A stretch of 64,000 nt of DNA from Squalus acanthias. Taxonomy: Eukaryota. This document shows, one piece after another, positions 24,531 through 37,095 of this stretch. Under the pieces are notes generated by a model. The model was not told the origin of the DNA and made no database searches. It worked only from the letters and a program-made list of their open reading frames with translations. The position numbers and the translations under genes are program-made. The DNA lies in assembly GCA_030390025.1 (NCBI GenBank), contig JASTWF010000333.1, forward strand, positions 186,001 through 250,000. Reading direction: 5' to 3'. The first letter of the stretch is position 1. Each line of letters starts with the position of its first letter.

Positions 24531-25200
24531 TAAGTTAATGCTGCCCTTGTTGTCTTCTGTGTGATATACTGATTAATGTCACTGTCTTCATATGCCATGT
24601 CTGCAGGAATGGTCTACTAGAAATCGTGGTTAGACTATGACCCTAAAATTCCAGAGGAGTTCTACTTGGTCTCCCTCTGTAACTTTGGCAGGACACTGGC
24701 GAAACCCCCAAGGAAACGTTTCAGTGGAGGCCGTACTATGAGAGAGATGAGGCATACCTGTGTCTACAAGGGTGCATGTGGGCCCCACCTGTGGCAAGAG
24801 GTCTGATTCCCTTAGTAGCAAGATTCTGATGCAACACTCAAGATCACGGCCCACGGAATTTCAGGGCCTATGCATTTTGTGATTTTAATATTTCATCTTG
24901 CATTCAGAAGTTTAATGGTCATCCTGTCATTGGACAAAACTGTGTACCTATTTCTAAAACTGCAAAAAATATTACAATTAACTATTTATGGGGAGTGTCT
25001 GATAAGAGAGTGCTGAGAGAGTTGTCTATAACACTAACACAATGTGCATTTAAAGTAGCAATTAAAGTCAGAATCGTTTCTTGAACATACTGGTTTTATC
25101 AGGTTCACTTGGGTTAGACCCTCAGTACTTCTATGATGCTCTAAAGTGCACTAACCAATATTTTTTTAAAGTTCTGACTGTTGCACTCTCTTAATTTCAG

Positions 25201-25328
25201 GTGGGATTCCTTTTGTCCTCACTGGTGAGATGTTTGATCAGTCCTGTCGATCTTCTGCATTCATGATTGGTGGCACAGTGCTCTGGCTTTCTAACTTTTG
25301 TGTTGGACTTCTCTTTCCTTTTATCCAG
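25201..25328 (+). CDS. SLC2A9: GLUT9-like facilitative transporter, penultimate coding exon (128 nt)
   Basis: Acceptor ctcttaatttcag and donor CAG/gtatga. Translates (G)[42 protein letters not shown], against human GLUT9 [43 protein letters not shown]. Ends in phase 0, in frame with the 57169 exon. Confidence 0.9.
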
Positions 25329-25551
25329 GTATGATCTAAATGGAAACTCTTGCAACTGCAATGTATATGGCAATATAAGTTTACATAAGTAAAATATAAT
25401 TAGCATTACAATCCTAGCAAGGAGTCTTGTGATATCTAAAGTACTGGATAGTAAAACACATTGGGTCCCGTACTGCTCTTCTTTCGAGCCACTGGTTATA
25501 TAAAACAAATCCTGCCATTCCCCTTCTCTACCAGAGCAGTACCTGATCATG

Positions 25552-25828
25552 TCATAGAATCATACAACACAGAAGGAGGTCATTCGGCTCATCGTGCCTG
25601 TGCTGGCTTTTTGAAAGTGCTATCCAATTAGTTCCATACCCCTGCTCATTCCCCATAGCCCTGCAAAATATTCCTTTGCAAGTATTTATCCAATTCCCTT
25701 TTGAATATTACGATTGAATTTGCTTCCACCACCCTTTTAGGCAGCGCATTCCAGATCATAGCAATTTGCTGAGCAACAAAACTTCTCCTCATCTCCCCCC
25801 TGGTTCATTTGCCAATTATCTTAAACCT
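25552..25828 (-). mobile_element. CR1 LINE 3' end
   Basis: CATAGAATCATA tail, reverse complement of the CR1 3' end at 53340-53560. Confidence 0.8.
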
Positions 25829-27283
25829 CTTGGTAATACACCAAAAAAGACAGAAGTGCTAGTTAAAATTCATTGAAAAGAACGTTGACTAATGTCAAAC
25901 TGAATCCTACAGACAGGGATGATCCCCGATCGGTGGTGATTTAGTGAATCACAGGCATGTAAGCAGTAGGGGCACAAAAGTTGGCCTCAGCACCTCTGAA
26001 GTATTGAGGGGGAAAAAACAGCCAGGCTTTCAGCTCTTGTTCCCTATTCAGTGACTTTTTCTGGAAAATGCACCCGTGTGAATGTCAGGTATGGACATGA
26101 TCAAGATCAGTCCACAGTCGAACAGCCTGCAAGTGCTCACTTTCTAGACTCACACATAAGGAACATCCATTTGGGTGAGGATGCAGACAGGGTTACCAGC
26201 ATTTTAGAACCATATTTCAACATTAATCGGTGCTTTCAAGAGACAAAATTAGACGGGGGAGAAAAATTCTCGCCCTGAAATTCCGCAGGGATTTTCCCAG
26301 TTACCTTTGGTGGGAAATCGGTGGAACCCCCACATAATTCCATGTCCCTATATTGTATGGCTTGTAATTCCAGACTTACTAGACATTAGTGTATGACCTT
26401 ACAGCAGTAACTAGCCATTCAAAAGAATCCATATTTTATGAGATTATATGTCGCAGATCTGATATCCTGCAAAGTCCTTATGACAAAATGAGCAGCCATG
26501 AGAAAAGAAAGAGGCAACTGTTTAAAAAAAATAACTCTTCTTATACCATAGATCATTGCAGGCAGTGAGGCCTGCCGCCCACTTCCTGATTTGTACTTTC
26601 CTCCCCCTGCCCCCATTGAGACCGACACTGGCTGCTCCTTCCCCCCCTGCCACATGTAAATGGTGCAGGGCTGGGGGTGGGAACAAGCCCCCAGCAATTT
26701 CCCTCCTGACTACCTGCTGCTTGCTGGAGCCACCATGGGGGGAAGTGGTGATCGGCCTTAGGAAGCGACAGTCGTGTCCTTGAGGTGCCCCCGTGGTGGG
26801 GAGCCTTGTATAGTCCTTTTTTCCGTCTAGTCTTGGCCCAACACTTACCTGCTAAAGGCTCCCAATCTCAGCTGAGGCCTTCAGTGGGACATCATTTCCC
26901 ACCTTCAGGACGCTTTTGCCACTTTCAGGTCCCTCACTAGCTCTTCTGGTACTGCAGTGGCATCCCTGCACTGTACCAGCGATATGCTGCTCTTTGCACT
27001 GGTAGGCTCCCTCCCACCGGAAACCCGCCATGCATTTCTGATGAGCTGACGGAAGTGGGTCTGGGTTGTAGCAAATTGGGTGGAAATCCTATCCTGCTGG
27101 AAAACTGCCTCAGAGGAGAATCCTGACCTGGATGTCTGCAAGTGAATTACTGGCATTAATGTAGTCTTGGAGCTCAGTTGGTGAAGAAACCGATTGATCT
27201 TGCCTCTCTTTTTTAATTATCCGAACCTTTTGATTGAATTATTGATTCATAGTCCACTGCTGACCATCTAGCATCATGTATAT

Positions 27284-28660
27284 CAAGGGTTCTCAAACGT
27301 TTTGCTTCTGAGGCCTCCCTCCCATATTATAAAAAGTCCACAGTCCCTGTAGCACAACACAAGTATTTTTTCTGTTTAAAAATTAGTTATACAATTAAAC
27401 ATATATATTTATTATTATTTTTGTTTTACTTACTTAATGTAAAAATTGGATGGCTGAATTAAGGTGGGCCGAATGGCCTTCTTCATTTGTAATTACCAGG
27501 ATCTTGTGGAAAGGCCCTAGCCTTTTTTGTTAGCACTAAATCAGTTTACTCAGACTTGTAAGTGGTGATCCCATGGTAGTCAATGGACCGACTGCAGAGC
27601 AATTCTGGTACACTGACCTGGGAAATTTCTGAGCTTGCAGCGGAGCGGGAAAATATCCCACGGGATTTGCCCCAGCTTTCAGCATAAAATGATAAATAAT
27701 GTATCCCACAAAGAGCTGCATGTTTCTAAACCTACACAGAACTCGACATAAACGGAAATGTCTATAAAAATATTAATAAACACTCAACATCATTTTTTTA
27801 AAGTTAGGAAAAAGTACCAAAATCACCAAAAGGGGTTTGTTAAATTTTATCGCTAGAAAGTTTGCGACCAACAGTCAAACGGGATCATGCTGGAGGCCCA
27901 GACATGGTGTAAGAAGATGGCAGCCAGCTTTGCAGCAGCAAAATAAACCCAGCTTCTACTGCAGTCACTTTTAAAGAAATATTTCAGCATTTGTTCAGTT
28001 TGCTTTCCAATAATTATTAAATTGAAATCCAGTTTTAATAATAACAGAAGCCAAAAGTGATTCAACGGCACACAACATGTAGCCCAATATTAAGGTCAGC
28101 CTGACAATGGTCCCTCCCTCATCAGTATTATTAATTTCCAGCAGTTGGATTGATTCCCACACGTGCCATTAGGCACCTTGCACACAGATTAATTCATCCT
28201 TTTTTTTGCCTCTTGTTGTATGCTCCAAGCTCTGTAACGGTTTTGGTGTGTTCGGCTCTCAGCTGCAGTCAGTACCAGGGTCAGCACTTTACTCAGCACA
28301 TCTATGTCCATGTTATCATATTTGATGCTAAGGGGCTGTGCCGGCTTCTCGTCCACCTCAGTCACTCGTGCAAGTCTACAGTCATGTTGCAGCTGCGCTG
28401 CGGACAACCCGGGTTCAGGCTGCGTGAGCTGGCGCTGCGTGAGCTACACTGTAGCAGGTTGAGATACTCCCGACTTCTGATAGGCTCTGCGCTCCTCGCC
28501 CTCAATCCTTATTGGTTGCACTGAGCTGCTTTCCCAGAGCTCCGCCCTCCCGCTATAAATAAGTTCGCAAAGGGCATCACTGCCAGTCAGTAATAAATGC
28601 AGAGGGCAGTGTCAGCTAGGGCTCTGCGAGAAGGTTTCAAGTGGTCCACCAAAAATAAGA
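27284..28660. mobile_element. Possible old hAT (Charlie-like) remnant
   Basis: Starts with CAAGGGTTCTCAAAC (hAT-Charlie-like TIR). No matching right TIR was found, so the extent is speculative. Confidence 0.3.
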
Positions 28661-28703
28661 TTCTAGCTGTTAGAATCTTAGCTGTCTAGCTGTTAGACAA
28701 CAT

Positions 28704-29696
28704 TGCTGCCCAGGAGGCCAGCAATGGCATCACCATGGCCAGATTTACTTCACTTGACGCTGTACACCCTGGCTGCCACATGATGCGCCAGGTTGACACC
28801 ACCCCACACCATCACCATAAAGCATCCCTACAATGTCCAAGCCATTCCTTTCACACTCATCACAATTTGGGGTGGGTGGATGAAGTTATGTCTCAACATT
28901 CACTGGAACTCACTAAGACACTTCCAAAGGTGAGCACAGATCTGTCCAATAAGGTAAAGTGTTGAAAATAAATTTTCAATGTTTGACAACACATTAACAG
29001 AGAATTTACATGAACATTGCATAAAACACCCAAATGCCTACCCTTGTGTGTTGTTAGTTGGTATGATTGTACTCGGGTGAGGGTGAGTGTGAGGGGTGGC
29101 TAGTGAGATTGGGAAGTGATAATGTAAGTTGGTGTGAGTAAGAATGTGCAGGAGTACTGTAGGGAATGTGATGAGTGGCACAGCAGGATGAGGTTGAGTA
29201 TGGCTTTGTACTAACGTTTCATGATCTACTGAGATCAATGAAATGTTTGCGCCACTACAGCCTGGTCCTCCTGACGACATCCCTGCTTGTGTCCTCCTGT
29301 GCAATGTGCAATGTGCAACCAGGCTGCGTTGGTGTCCTGGGGAGGTCTCTTCCGCCCATGGTAAGGGAAGAAACCCTCCCTGCGTGCTGGGTGCAGCCAT
29401 CCACCTCTGTGCAGTGCTTGTCAGTGCTGCAGAACACTGACAGCACAACTGTCAAAATGAATGTGGACATGGCCCCTTTAAGGAAACTGGCTGATGACAC
29501 GTCATCAAATGAAGTCTCCAGACCCGCTTCCTTTTAATTGGCCGGGAACCTCTCACGGCCAGCTTAACAAGCCCAATCAACGTAAAATCCTTTTCACAGA
29601 GTGGGCTGGAGCCGGGACCAGGACTGGATCTGGGACCGGGACCCGCCAATGATCTCGCCCGCCGCGATCCCGCCTCCGATGGCGAAATCGCGGCCC
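28704..29696 (-). mobile_element. Family C Harbinger-derived element, inverted and truncated
   Basis: Reverse-complement similarity to 15050-15700. Ends in GAAATCGCGGCCC. Confidence 0.7.
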
Positions 29697-30055
29697 TGAA
29701 CTTTGTTCTTTGTCTGTCCTGTTTACCGAGTTTGTATGAATTGTTGTGCCTTGATACTTTGGCCGGGGTTTTCCATTTCTGCACTTGCCAGCCCACAGTG
29801 TTTCATCCATTAAAGAGAATGGGTGGAAAATGGCAGGATGGGAAGTTAAACAGAAAACTCCCACCCTTATGTGTATATCAGGCAGAGTGGTCAAATTATT
29901 GACAATGAAATTAGAGATCAAACGGGAAGTAGCAATAAGAATCAGGAGCCTGAAAATTACACTGTGCGACATTGTCATACACATGCTTAACATGTTCATA
30001 GTATATTACACTGTCCACTATTTTAAAGGAGGCATACATCCGTTTTAAGGATAAT

Positions 30056-30802
30056 GGCCCAAAAATTCGGCCGAATACGGGAGAGTACCCGCTGCGTACT
30101 CACCCGTATTCATTCCCGAAGTGCCGGTTTCCTGCATGCACTGCGCATGCGTGGGAAACCGGCACTTCCGGTATGGCGAAGGGGGCGGTTCCTAGGTGAC
30201 CCGCGTGCGCACTAGAGGCTGTGCGCATGCAGCACACTTAGGTTTTTTTTCAGGTTTCAACGCGAGGGTAAGTATGGAAGATTCTACACAAGTAAAAAGG
30301 AGGCGTAAGACCCCTTTTGAACAAGGTAAGTAGTTAATTAAGTATAATTTTTAATTTTTTTCAACAGGTTTATCTTTTTTAGAGACTTTAAAGAAAGGTA
30401 AGTTTATTTTTATAACTTTTAAAAAGAATTTAAATTTTTGTTTAAAGTGGTTAATTTATTTAACTATAGTTATTTTATTAATGTGATGGTTTTTAAAAAA
30501 AAATTATTTGAGGTTTAGCTGTTCTTTTGGGGCCGATTTCAATTCACAGATTTGACAGGTCTCCTGTCAAATCTATGAATGAAAGATGGTCTGCTGCCAT
30601 TGGCTCTCCATGGCCCACGTGATCCCAGAGGTCGCATCGCACTAACTGCACCCCTGGGACACGCAAGCACTGCGCGCTGGCACTAGGGAGAGGCCCAGGA
30701 CACGAAGTTCCTGTGGGCCCGAAACACAATGGCAGGCGCGGTGGGTAAGAGCGCGCGCGATCCTTACCCCCGCGGCAAGCCGGCCACCCGAATTTCTAGG
30801 CC
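30056..30802. mobile_element. MITE family A, orientation 1
   Basis: TIRs GGCCCAAAAATTCGG / CCGAATTTCTAGGCC and TSD AAT/AAT. Confidence 0.88.
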
Positions 30803-31369
30803 AATATCACACAATTATTTCTGAGCTCCAGAGTTTAGTATAAGCTCAATAATTCAAAGTCATGTGAGTATTCCAAAACACATGAGACAATCAATTCAGG
30901 ATTATAGTTGTAAATAACAGAAACATAAACAGCAGTGCATACTGTTTGTTCTGTTAGAATCGGTGTAGTCAGACCGCAGCCTATTTTGTCTGCTGGGAAT
31001 GTGGACAAGTGAAACTATGCACTTGAAATGTTGGCATTGTTTAATGTGTATTTTGTGAAGTGTTCACATTGATTGAATGGCTGCAATGTTTTGTAATATC
31101 TAAGACAAACAGCAGAACTAGGGTTAACTTAAAGAGGGGAAATCCGTGAAGAACTGTACCATTATTCAAGTGCTGGGGTGACAGTAAAGGAGCTACATAT
31201 CGCCTCGATGTCCTTTGGTTATGGAGGAGAAAATCAGCCGAGGTTTCTGTTTCAGATAGTTATCCACTGACCAATGCTGGAAGTGCACGTGCAAACATTG
31301 GGTGCAGATGCCATTTTGGAATCTTAAGGTGTCTCCTAGCGCCCAAAAAATGGGTGCTACCGAGCCCAA

Positions 31370-32970
31370 TTTTTTTTTATTCGTTTATGGGATGTGGGAG
31401 TCGGTGGCAAGGCCAGCATTTATTGCCCATCCCTAATTGCCCTTGAGAAGGTGGTGGTGAGCTGCCTTCTTGAACTGCTGCAGTCCATTTGGTGAAGGTA
31501 CTCCCACAGTGCTGTTAGGTAGGGAGTTCCAGGATTTTGACCCAGCGACGATGAAGGATCGGCGATATACTTCTAAGTCAGGATGGTGTGTGACTTGGAG
31601 GGGAACTTGGAGGTGGTGGTGTTCCCATGCGCCTGCTGCCCTTGTCCTTCTAGGTGGAAGAGGTCACGGGTTTGGGAGGTGCTGCCGAAGAAACCTTGGC
31701 GAGTTGCTGCAGTGCATCTTGTAGATGCTAGACACTGCAGTCACGGTACACCGGTGGTGGAGGGAGTGAATGTTTAAGGTGGTGGATGGGGTGCCAATCA
31801 AGCAGGCTGCTTTGTCCTGGATGGTGTCAAGTTTCTTGAGTGTTGTTGGAGCTGCACTCACCCAGGCAAGTGGAGAGTATTCCATCACACTCCTTACTTG
31901 TGCCTTGTAGATGGTGGAAAGGCTTTGGGGAGTCAGGAGGTAAGACACTCGCCACAGAATACCTAGTCTCTGACCTGCTCTTGTTGCCACAGTATTTATG
32001 TGGCTGGTCCAGTTAAGTTTCTAGTCAATGGTGACCCCCAGGATGTTGATGGTGGGAGATTCGATGATGGTAATGCCGTTGAATGTCATGGGGCGATGGT
32101 TAGACTCTCGCTTGTTGGAGATAGTCATTGCCTGGCACTTCTGTGGCGCAAATGTTACCTGCCACTTATCAGCCCAAGCCTGAACGTCGTCCAGGTCTTG
32201 TTGCATGCGGGCATGGACTGCTTCATTATCTGAGGAGCTGTGAATGGCGCTGAACGCTGTGCAGTCATCAGCGAACATCCTCATTTCTGACCTTATGATG
32301 GAGGGAAGTTCATTGATGAAGCAGCTGAAGATGGTTGGGCCTAGGACACTGCCCTGAGGAACTACTGCAGTGATGTCCTGGGGCTGTGATGATTGACCTT
32401 TAACCACCGCAACCATCTTCCTTTGTGCTAGGTATGACTCCAGCGAGTGGAATGTTTTGCCCCCGATTCCCATTGACTTCAGTTTTACTAGGGTTCCTTG
32501 ATGCCACACTCGGTCAAATGCTGCCTTGATGTCAAGGGCAGTCACTCTCACCTCATCTCTGGAATTCAGCTCCTTTGTCCATGTTTGGACCAAGGCTTTA
32601 ATGAGGTCGGGAGCTGAGTGGTCTTGGCGGAACCCAAACTGGGCATCAGTGAGCAGGTTATTGGTGAGTAAGTGCCTGCTTGATAGCACTGTCGATGACA
32701 CCTTCCATCACTTTGCTGATGATTGAGAGTAGACTGATGGGGCGGTAATTGGCTGGATTGGATTTGTCCTGCTTTTTGTGGACAGGACATACCTGGGCAG
32801 TTTTCCACATTGTCGGATAGATGCCAGTGTTGTAGCTGTACTGGAACAGCTTGGCTAGAGGCGCAGCTAGTTCTGGAGCACAAGTCTTCAGCACATTAGC
32901 CGGGATGTTGTCGGTGCCCATAACCTTTGCTGTATCCAGTGCGCTCAGCCGTTTCTTGATATCACGTGGA
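31370..32970 (-). mobile_element. Poly(A)-tailed APE-RT LINE (CR1/L2-group), 5'-truncated
   Basis: RT motifs NYRPISLLS, QFGFR, LDIKAAFDRVWH, VPQGSVLGP, MFADD. The tail is AAGGGCAATTAGGGATGGGCAATAAATGC...GAAT(A)n. Confidence 0.92.
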
Positions 32971-33368
32971 TTCGCCCCCTCTCTATCATAAAGCAGCCTA
33001 TTGGACTTTTTGTGTGAGATGCTGGAAAGAGAAACAGAATCGTCAAAGACTTTGTTGGTATAAATGCTTTCATATGTTTCTCTTTGTTAAATTATTGTGC
33101 TCCCAGCGATAATATGTTAATTCTTTATGTCAACTAAACTAACTTTACATATACAACCAAGATTTAATAGATAGCATTTCCTTTATAACACAAACACAGA
33201 ATCATATCTTCATTATTGATTTATGCTGATAACACAATTTCATTACACTATTCTGAATAACATACTCATGAATTATGCTAATTTAGCCTATTTATAAACA
33301 CAAACTAGGTTGATTATACAATGCACTTTAATCTAGTGCTCAAAAAAGGTAATTGCTTGTGGTGTAAA

Positions 33369-34092
33369 TAGGGTTACCAACACTCCAGGATTGTCCTGGA
33401 AGCTCCAGGAATTAATGATTAATCTCTTGGACACTGCTGGACAGTGAGGTGAGCCATGACCGGGAGATGGGTCAAAATAGCCTCCTTTTGGTAGTCCGAT
33501 GGGATCGGACTAGGCCGCCTTACCCGACCAGCGGTTGAAGGGTGCCCACTTGGGGAAACGAGTTGCTCTCGACAAAAGCTCTCTGTGCATTTATGGCAGA
33601 AATAGTCCGAGTAAATACTTATTTCGATTCTATTTGTACAATGAACTATTCATTTCTGTAAATGAATGGCATGCATGTTTTAATAGCCTTTTAAAATGAG
33701 TTGTGGGCAAAGCAGCAATCTGTTTCCTGATTGGCTAAGAGTCAGGAAGTGAAAGGAACACCGCCCTGCGTGATCTCAGGTTTGCATACGCACAACGGCG
33801 CGCTCCTGGGCTCCATGGGGCTGTACGCAGCGCACAACTCTGCAAAGCTTGAAAGCAAGTTTTTGAAGGGGGGTTCACACGAGCTAAGTGTGGATTTCCT
33901 TTGGCTGTCGGCAGCGTACTCGTTAGCTACACCGCCGACCGCGAATTCAGGGCCGTCAGCCAGCTCCCGTGAAGGAATCCTGTGACGGTGGGGTGGTGTT
34001 TGCAAGAAATCTGGTGCTTCTGCAGTATTTAAAGTCCTGAAGCAAAATTTAAAAGGGAAGTGTACTTTTGGAGTAAAGATTAGGCAACTATT
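33369..34092. mobile_element. Possible hAT-type non-autonomous element
   Basis: TAGGGTTACCAAC at the left and a degenerate TAGGCAACTATTA at the right, resembling TAGGGTTGCCAAC TIRs. Confidence 0.35.
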
Positions 34093-34309
34093 ACATTTTA
34101 ACAGGAAAATAATGGCAGCGTGAATTGGTGCAGGAACTCGAGCCCCAAATTATTGTGCTGGTGGAATTGAAGTGCAGCAGAGGGGGTGGGGGGACTGCTT
34201 GACACCCCCGAACATCAGCTGCAGAGATGAGGAACATGGAGTCCTTGGGGGGAGATTGGGTTTTATCTCAATGCTGAGTTCAACGTTCTAGAGAATCTGG
34301 CAACAAGTG

Positions 34310-34892
34310 CACCGTGCACAGCACCCCGGCCGCGATCTTCGGTAGCGCCCCCTGACTTACCGCCAGACGCTATGTCCGACAGGGTCAGGGGGGCCTACCT
34401 ACGGCAGGGGCGGCGCTATTTAAAGGCGAAGTGCCGGGCAGCCATTTTTGTTGCTGTCTGCCTGCCAGCACCTGCATCCGCTCCTGTCCCTGGCCTCCTT
34501 ACCCATCCCCCCCCGTGGAGTGCCGGCTGCGCTCCATGAGCCCGGCACTTCTCTTGAGTGCCGGGCTCTTTTGCCAGCACTCCCGATCCCCGGGGGGCCC
34601 AGCTGGGCCTCGGGTCGCACTGCGCAAGGCCCCTCCCCTTTAAGAAGGGGAGGAAGGCCTGCAATACTGCGGCGCAACGTGCCACAGTGCGTGGCAGTAT
34701 GGCACGTAGCGCCGCAATATTCCCTCGCAGCGCCCCAAGAGGGAGGCGGTGCGCTTCCAGTAGTGCCCCACTTCCCTCTTGGGGCACTACTACTCAATTT
34801 CAGTCGCGGGGCGCTAATTTTTCTGGGGCGTTACAAGTAGTGCCCCAGCGAAGTTAGCGCCCCAAAGTGGGGCGCGACTCAATTTTTCGCCC
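34310..34892. mobile_element. MITE family D, partial
   Basis: GC-rich body colinear with 55450-55912, ending in AATTTTTCGCCC. Confidence 0.7.
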
Positions 34893-35349
34893 TTGGAGCC
34901 CATTCTCTCCCCTGTTGCACCGTTCCTCACTCTTTCCCAGGTCTGAATCTCTTCAACCATGACTCCCAGCACTTGCTCCAACCCATAATGCACCTCCCTT
35001 TTAAGAGGTGCAGGCTAGCTTTAAGCAGTGCAGGCTAGCTTTAACAGGTGTTAGCCTCCCACAATATTGATCCCCCTGCTGATGCGTCTGGCCAATGAAC
35101 AGCATAGTTAGTGCTGGCTGGACTTAGAGATCCTATAAATGAGCAGGCAGCGCGAAGTTGGCGTGTTGCCTGCATTGCAATCAATGGGTGAGTCTTAATC
35201 GTGCATCGCGATCCCCGTGTCCGTTTTCGGTGGCTGATCAATTTAGCCCCCATTACGTCCACAAAGGCAGCCTAAAAAAAAAGCAGCTCTGTTCATCAAT
35301 GTATCTGTTGCTAGCCAGGCTCAATTAAGTATTAGTGATAAAATTCAAA

Positions 35350-36241
35350 GGGGGAAAAATTCAGTTGGTTGCGCCTCCCGTTAGCGCCTTAAGAGGGCGC
35401 TAATGGGGCGCAAAGCATCCAGCGCCCAGGCGCGGCGAAGTTTGCGCCGCTTGCAAAATTAACTAGACATTTTGCGGCGGCGCTAAACACTACCGCCACG
35501 ATCTCCTGCACCGGCAGATCATGACATCAGTCGAGTGCGCAACGCCCCGGTATGGCCCCGGAGTGGATATTTAGTGGCGCCCCCTGCCTTACCGCCTGAC
35601 GTTAGCAACGACAGGTTGAGGGGAGCGTTCTGCAGTCATGAAGGGAAAGGGGGAGCGCTATTTAAAGGTGACCGCTTCCTGCCTTTTATTGTTAGTGCCA
35701 TTTTTGAACTACGCATTCTGAGAGAGAGAGAGAGAGACTTCTGGAGAGTTTCAACGTTGTGTGAAGGAGTTTTGGGTACTGAGCAGCACTTTGCAGGTTC
35801 ATTTTGATTTGCCATTCCTTGTATCGATTTAGCAGAGACTGTGGGGGCTGCACTCCGAGCTCTTTGCCTGGTACTCTACATTGTTCTTTCCAGCAGATTT
35901 GATGTGCAGGTCTCTCCAGGCCAGGATTCAAGGCTGCAATGAGCAGGATGTGGATGGAAAGCAAGATCAACCATCCCCTTTAAGAACTCGCCCGTGCCAT
36001 TGTGTGTGTGTTCCATTGCTGACTGACATTACATGAGCTTCGCCAGTGCTCTGAGGTAGCGCCTCGCTCCTCGGCCTTTGCGCCTTAAGACAGGTGTGAA
36101 GCGCCTGATTTAGCGCTCCAATCACCTCCAGGGGCGATAAAAGTCAATTTTGCAGTCGGTGGTGATAATTAGCGCCAGGCGCTAATCTTTGCGCCCGGCC
36201 GATAATTGCGCCCCAAATGGGGCGATACTGAATTTCTCCCC
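35350..36241 (-). mobile_element. MITE family B, inverted
   Basis: Near-identical reverse complement of 19084-19974, with TSD AAA/AAA. Confidence 0.9.
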
Positions 36242-36704
36242 AAAGTGACCCAAATCCGAACCTTTGGGATTAATTGGCAAAAATGCAAGTTTTAGATAAA
36301 TTAGATAATTTGAAATTTGGGTCTGCCTCTATAAATCCAATGCTAGTGATATGGTACAGGAAGCTGAGAAATAAACAGATTCAAAAAATAAATAAATTAC
36401 AAATAAATAAGTACACCAAGTTGGGGAATTGTTTATTTGTGTACATGGACTATTAATGTCAACATTCCACCATTAGTTCGCCCTGGTTATAATGGATACA
36501 AGCTAGAGCCATAGCAACAGAGTCAAATGTAGATGTTTTAATGGGTTACTTATCCTGCATTCTGCTATGGGCACAGGCATTCAATCCATCTGACTGTAGT
36601 TGGTGAGTAAACATCAATTTCCCCAGTAGGCAACTGGTAGAGTGTACATCTATTTTTCCATGTGATGCTGGCAGGCTGATTGGTTTGGAAAGTGGAAGGT
36701 CTAG

Positions 36705-37095
36705 AAGCTGGGATTGTTCTCCTTAGAGCAAAGAAGGTTAAGAGGAGATGTAATAGAGGTGTTCAAAATTATGAAGGGTTTTGAGAGAGTAGATAGGGAG
36801 AAACTGTTTCCACCAGCAAGAGGGTCAGTAACAAGAGGACACCGACTTAAGTTAATTGGAAAAAAAGCAAGGGCGAAATGAGATTTTTTTTTTACTCAGC
36901 GAGTTGTTATGATCTGGAATGCACTGCTTGAAAGGGTGGTGGAAGGAGATTCAATAGTAACTTTCAAAAGAGAATTGGATAAATACTTTAAAAGGAAAAA
37001 TTTGCAGGGCTACAGGGAAAGAGCAGGGGAGTGGGACTAATTGATAGCTCTTTCAAAGAGTCAAACGGCCCAATTCTATGATTATGATTTTATGA
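36705..37095 (+). mobile_element. CR1 LINE 3' fragment
   Basis: LGLFSLEQRRLRGD-type coding and a TTCTATGATT tail. Confidence 0.85.

Noticed and set aside
1..25200. Upstream SLC2A9 exons (e.g. the short W.PYLS...GP exon)
   Set aside because: I found no convincing match by eye in the non-repeat segments. They probably lie upstream of the window, and tBLASTn would settle it.
28150..28410. BED zinc-finger transposase start on the minus strand
   Set aside because: Only a vague Cys pattern that needs frameshifts, which is not enough to call.
34416..34857. Stack of overlapping ORFs on both strands
   Set aside because: An artefact of the GC-rich MITE D sequence, with no protein motifs. The same applies to ORFs within MITEs A, B and E.
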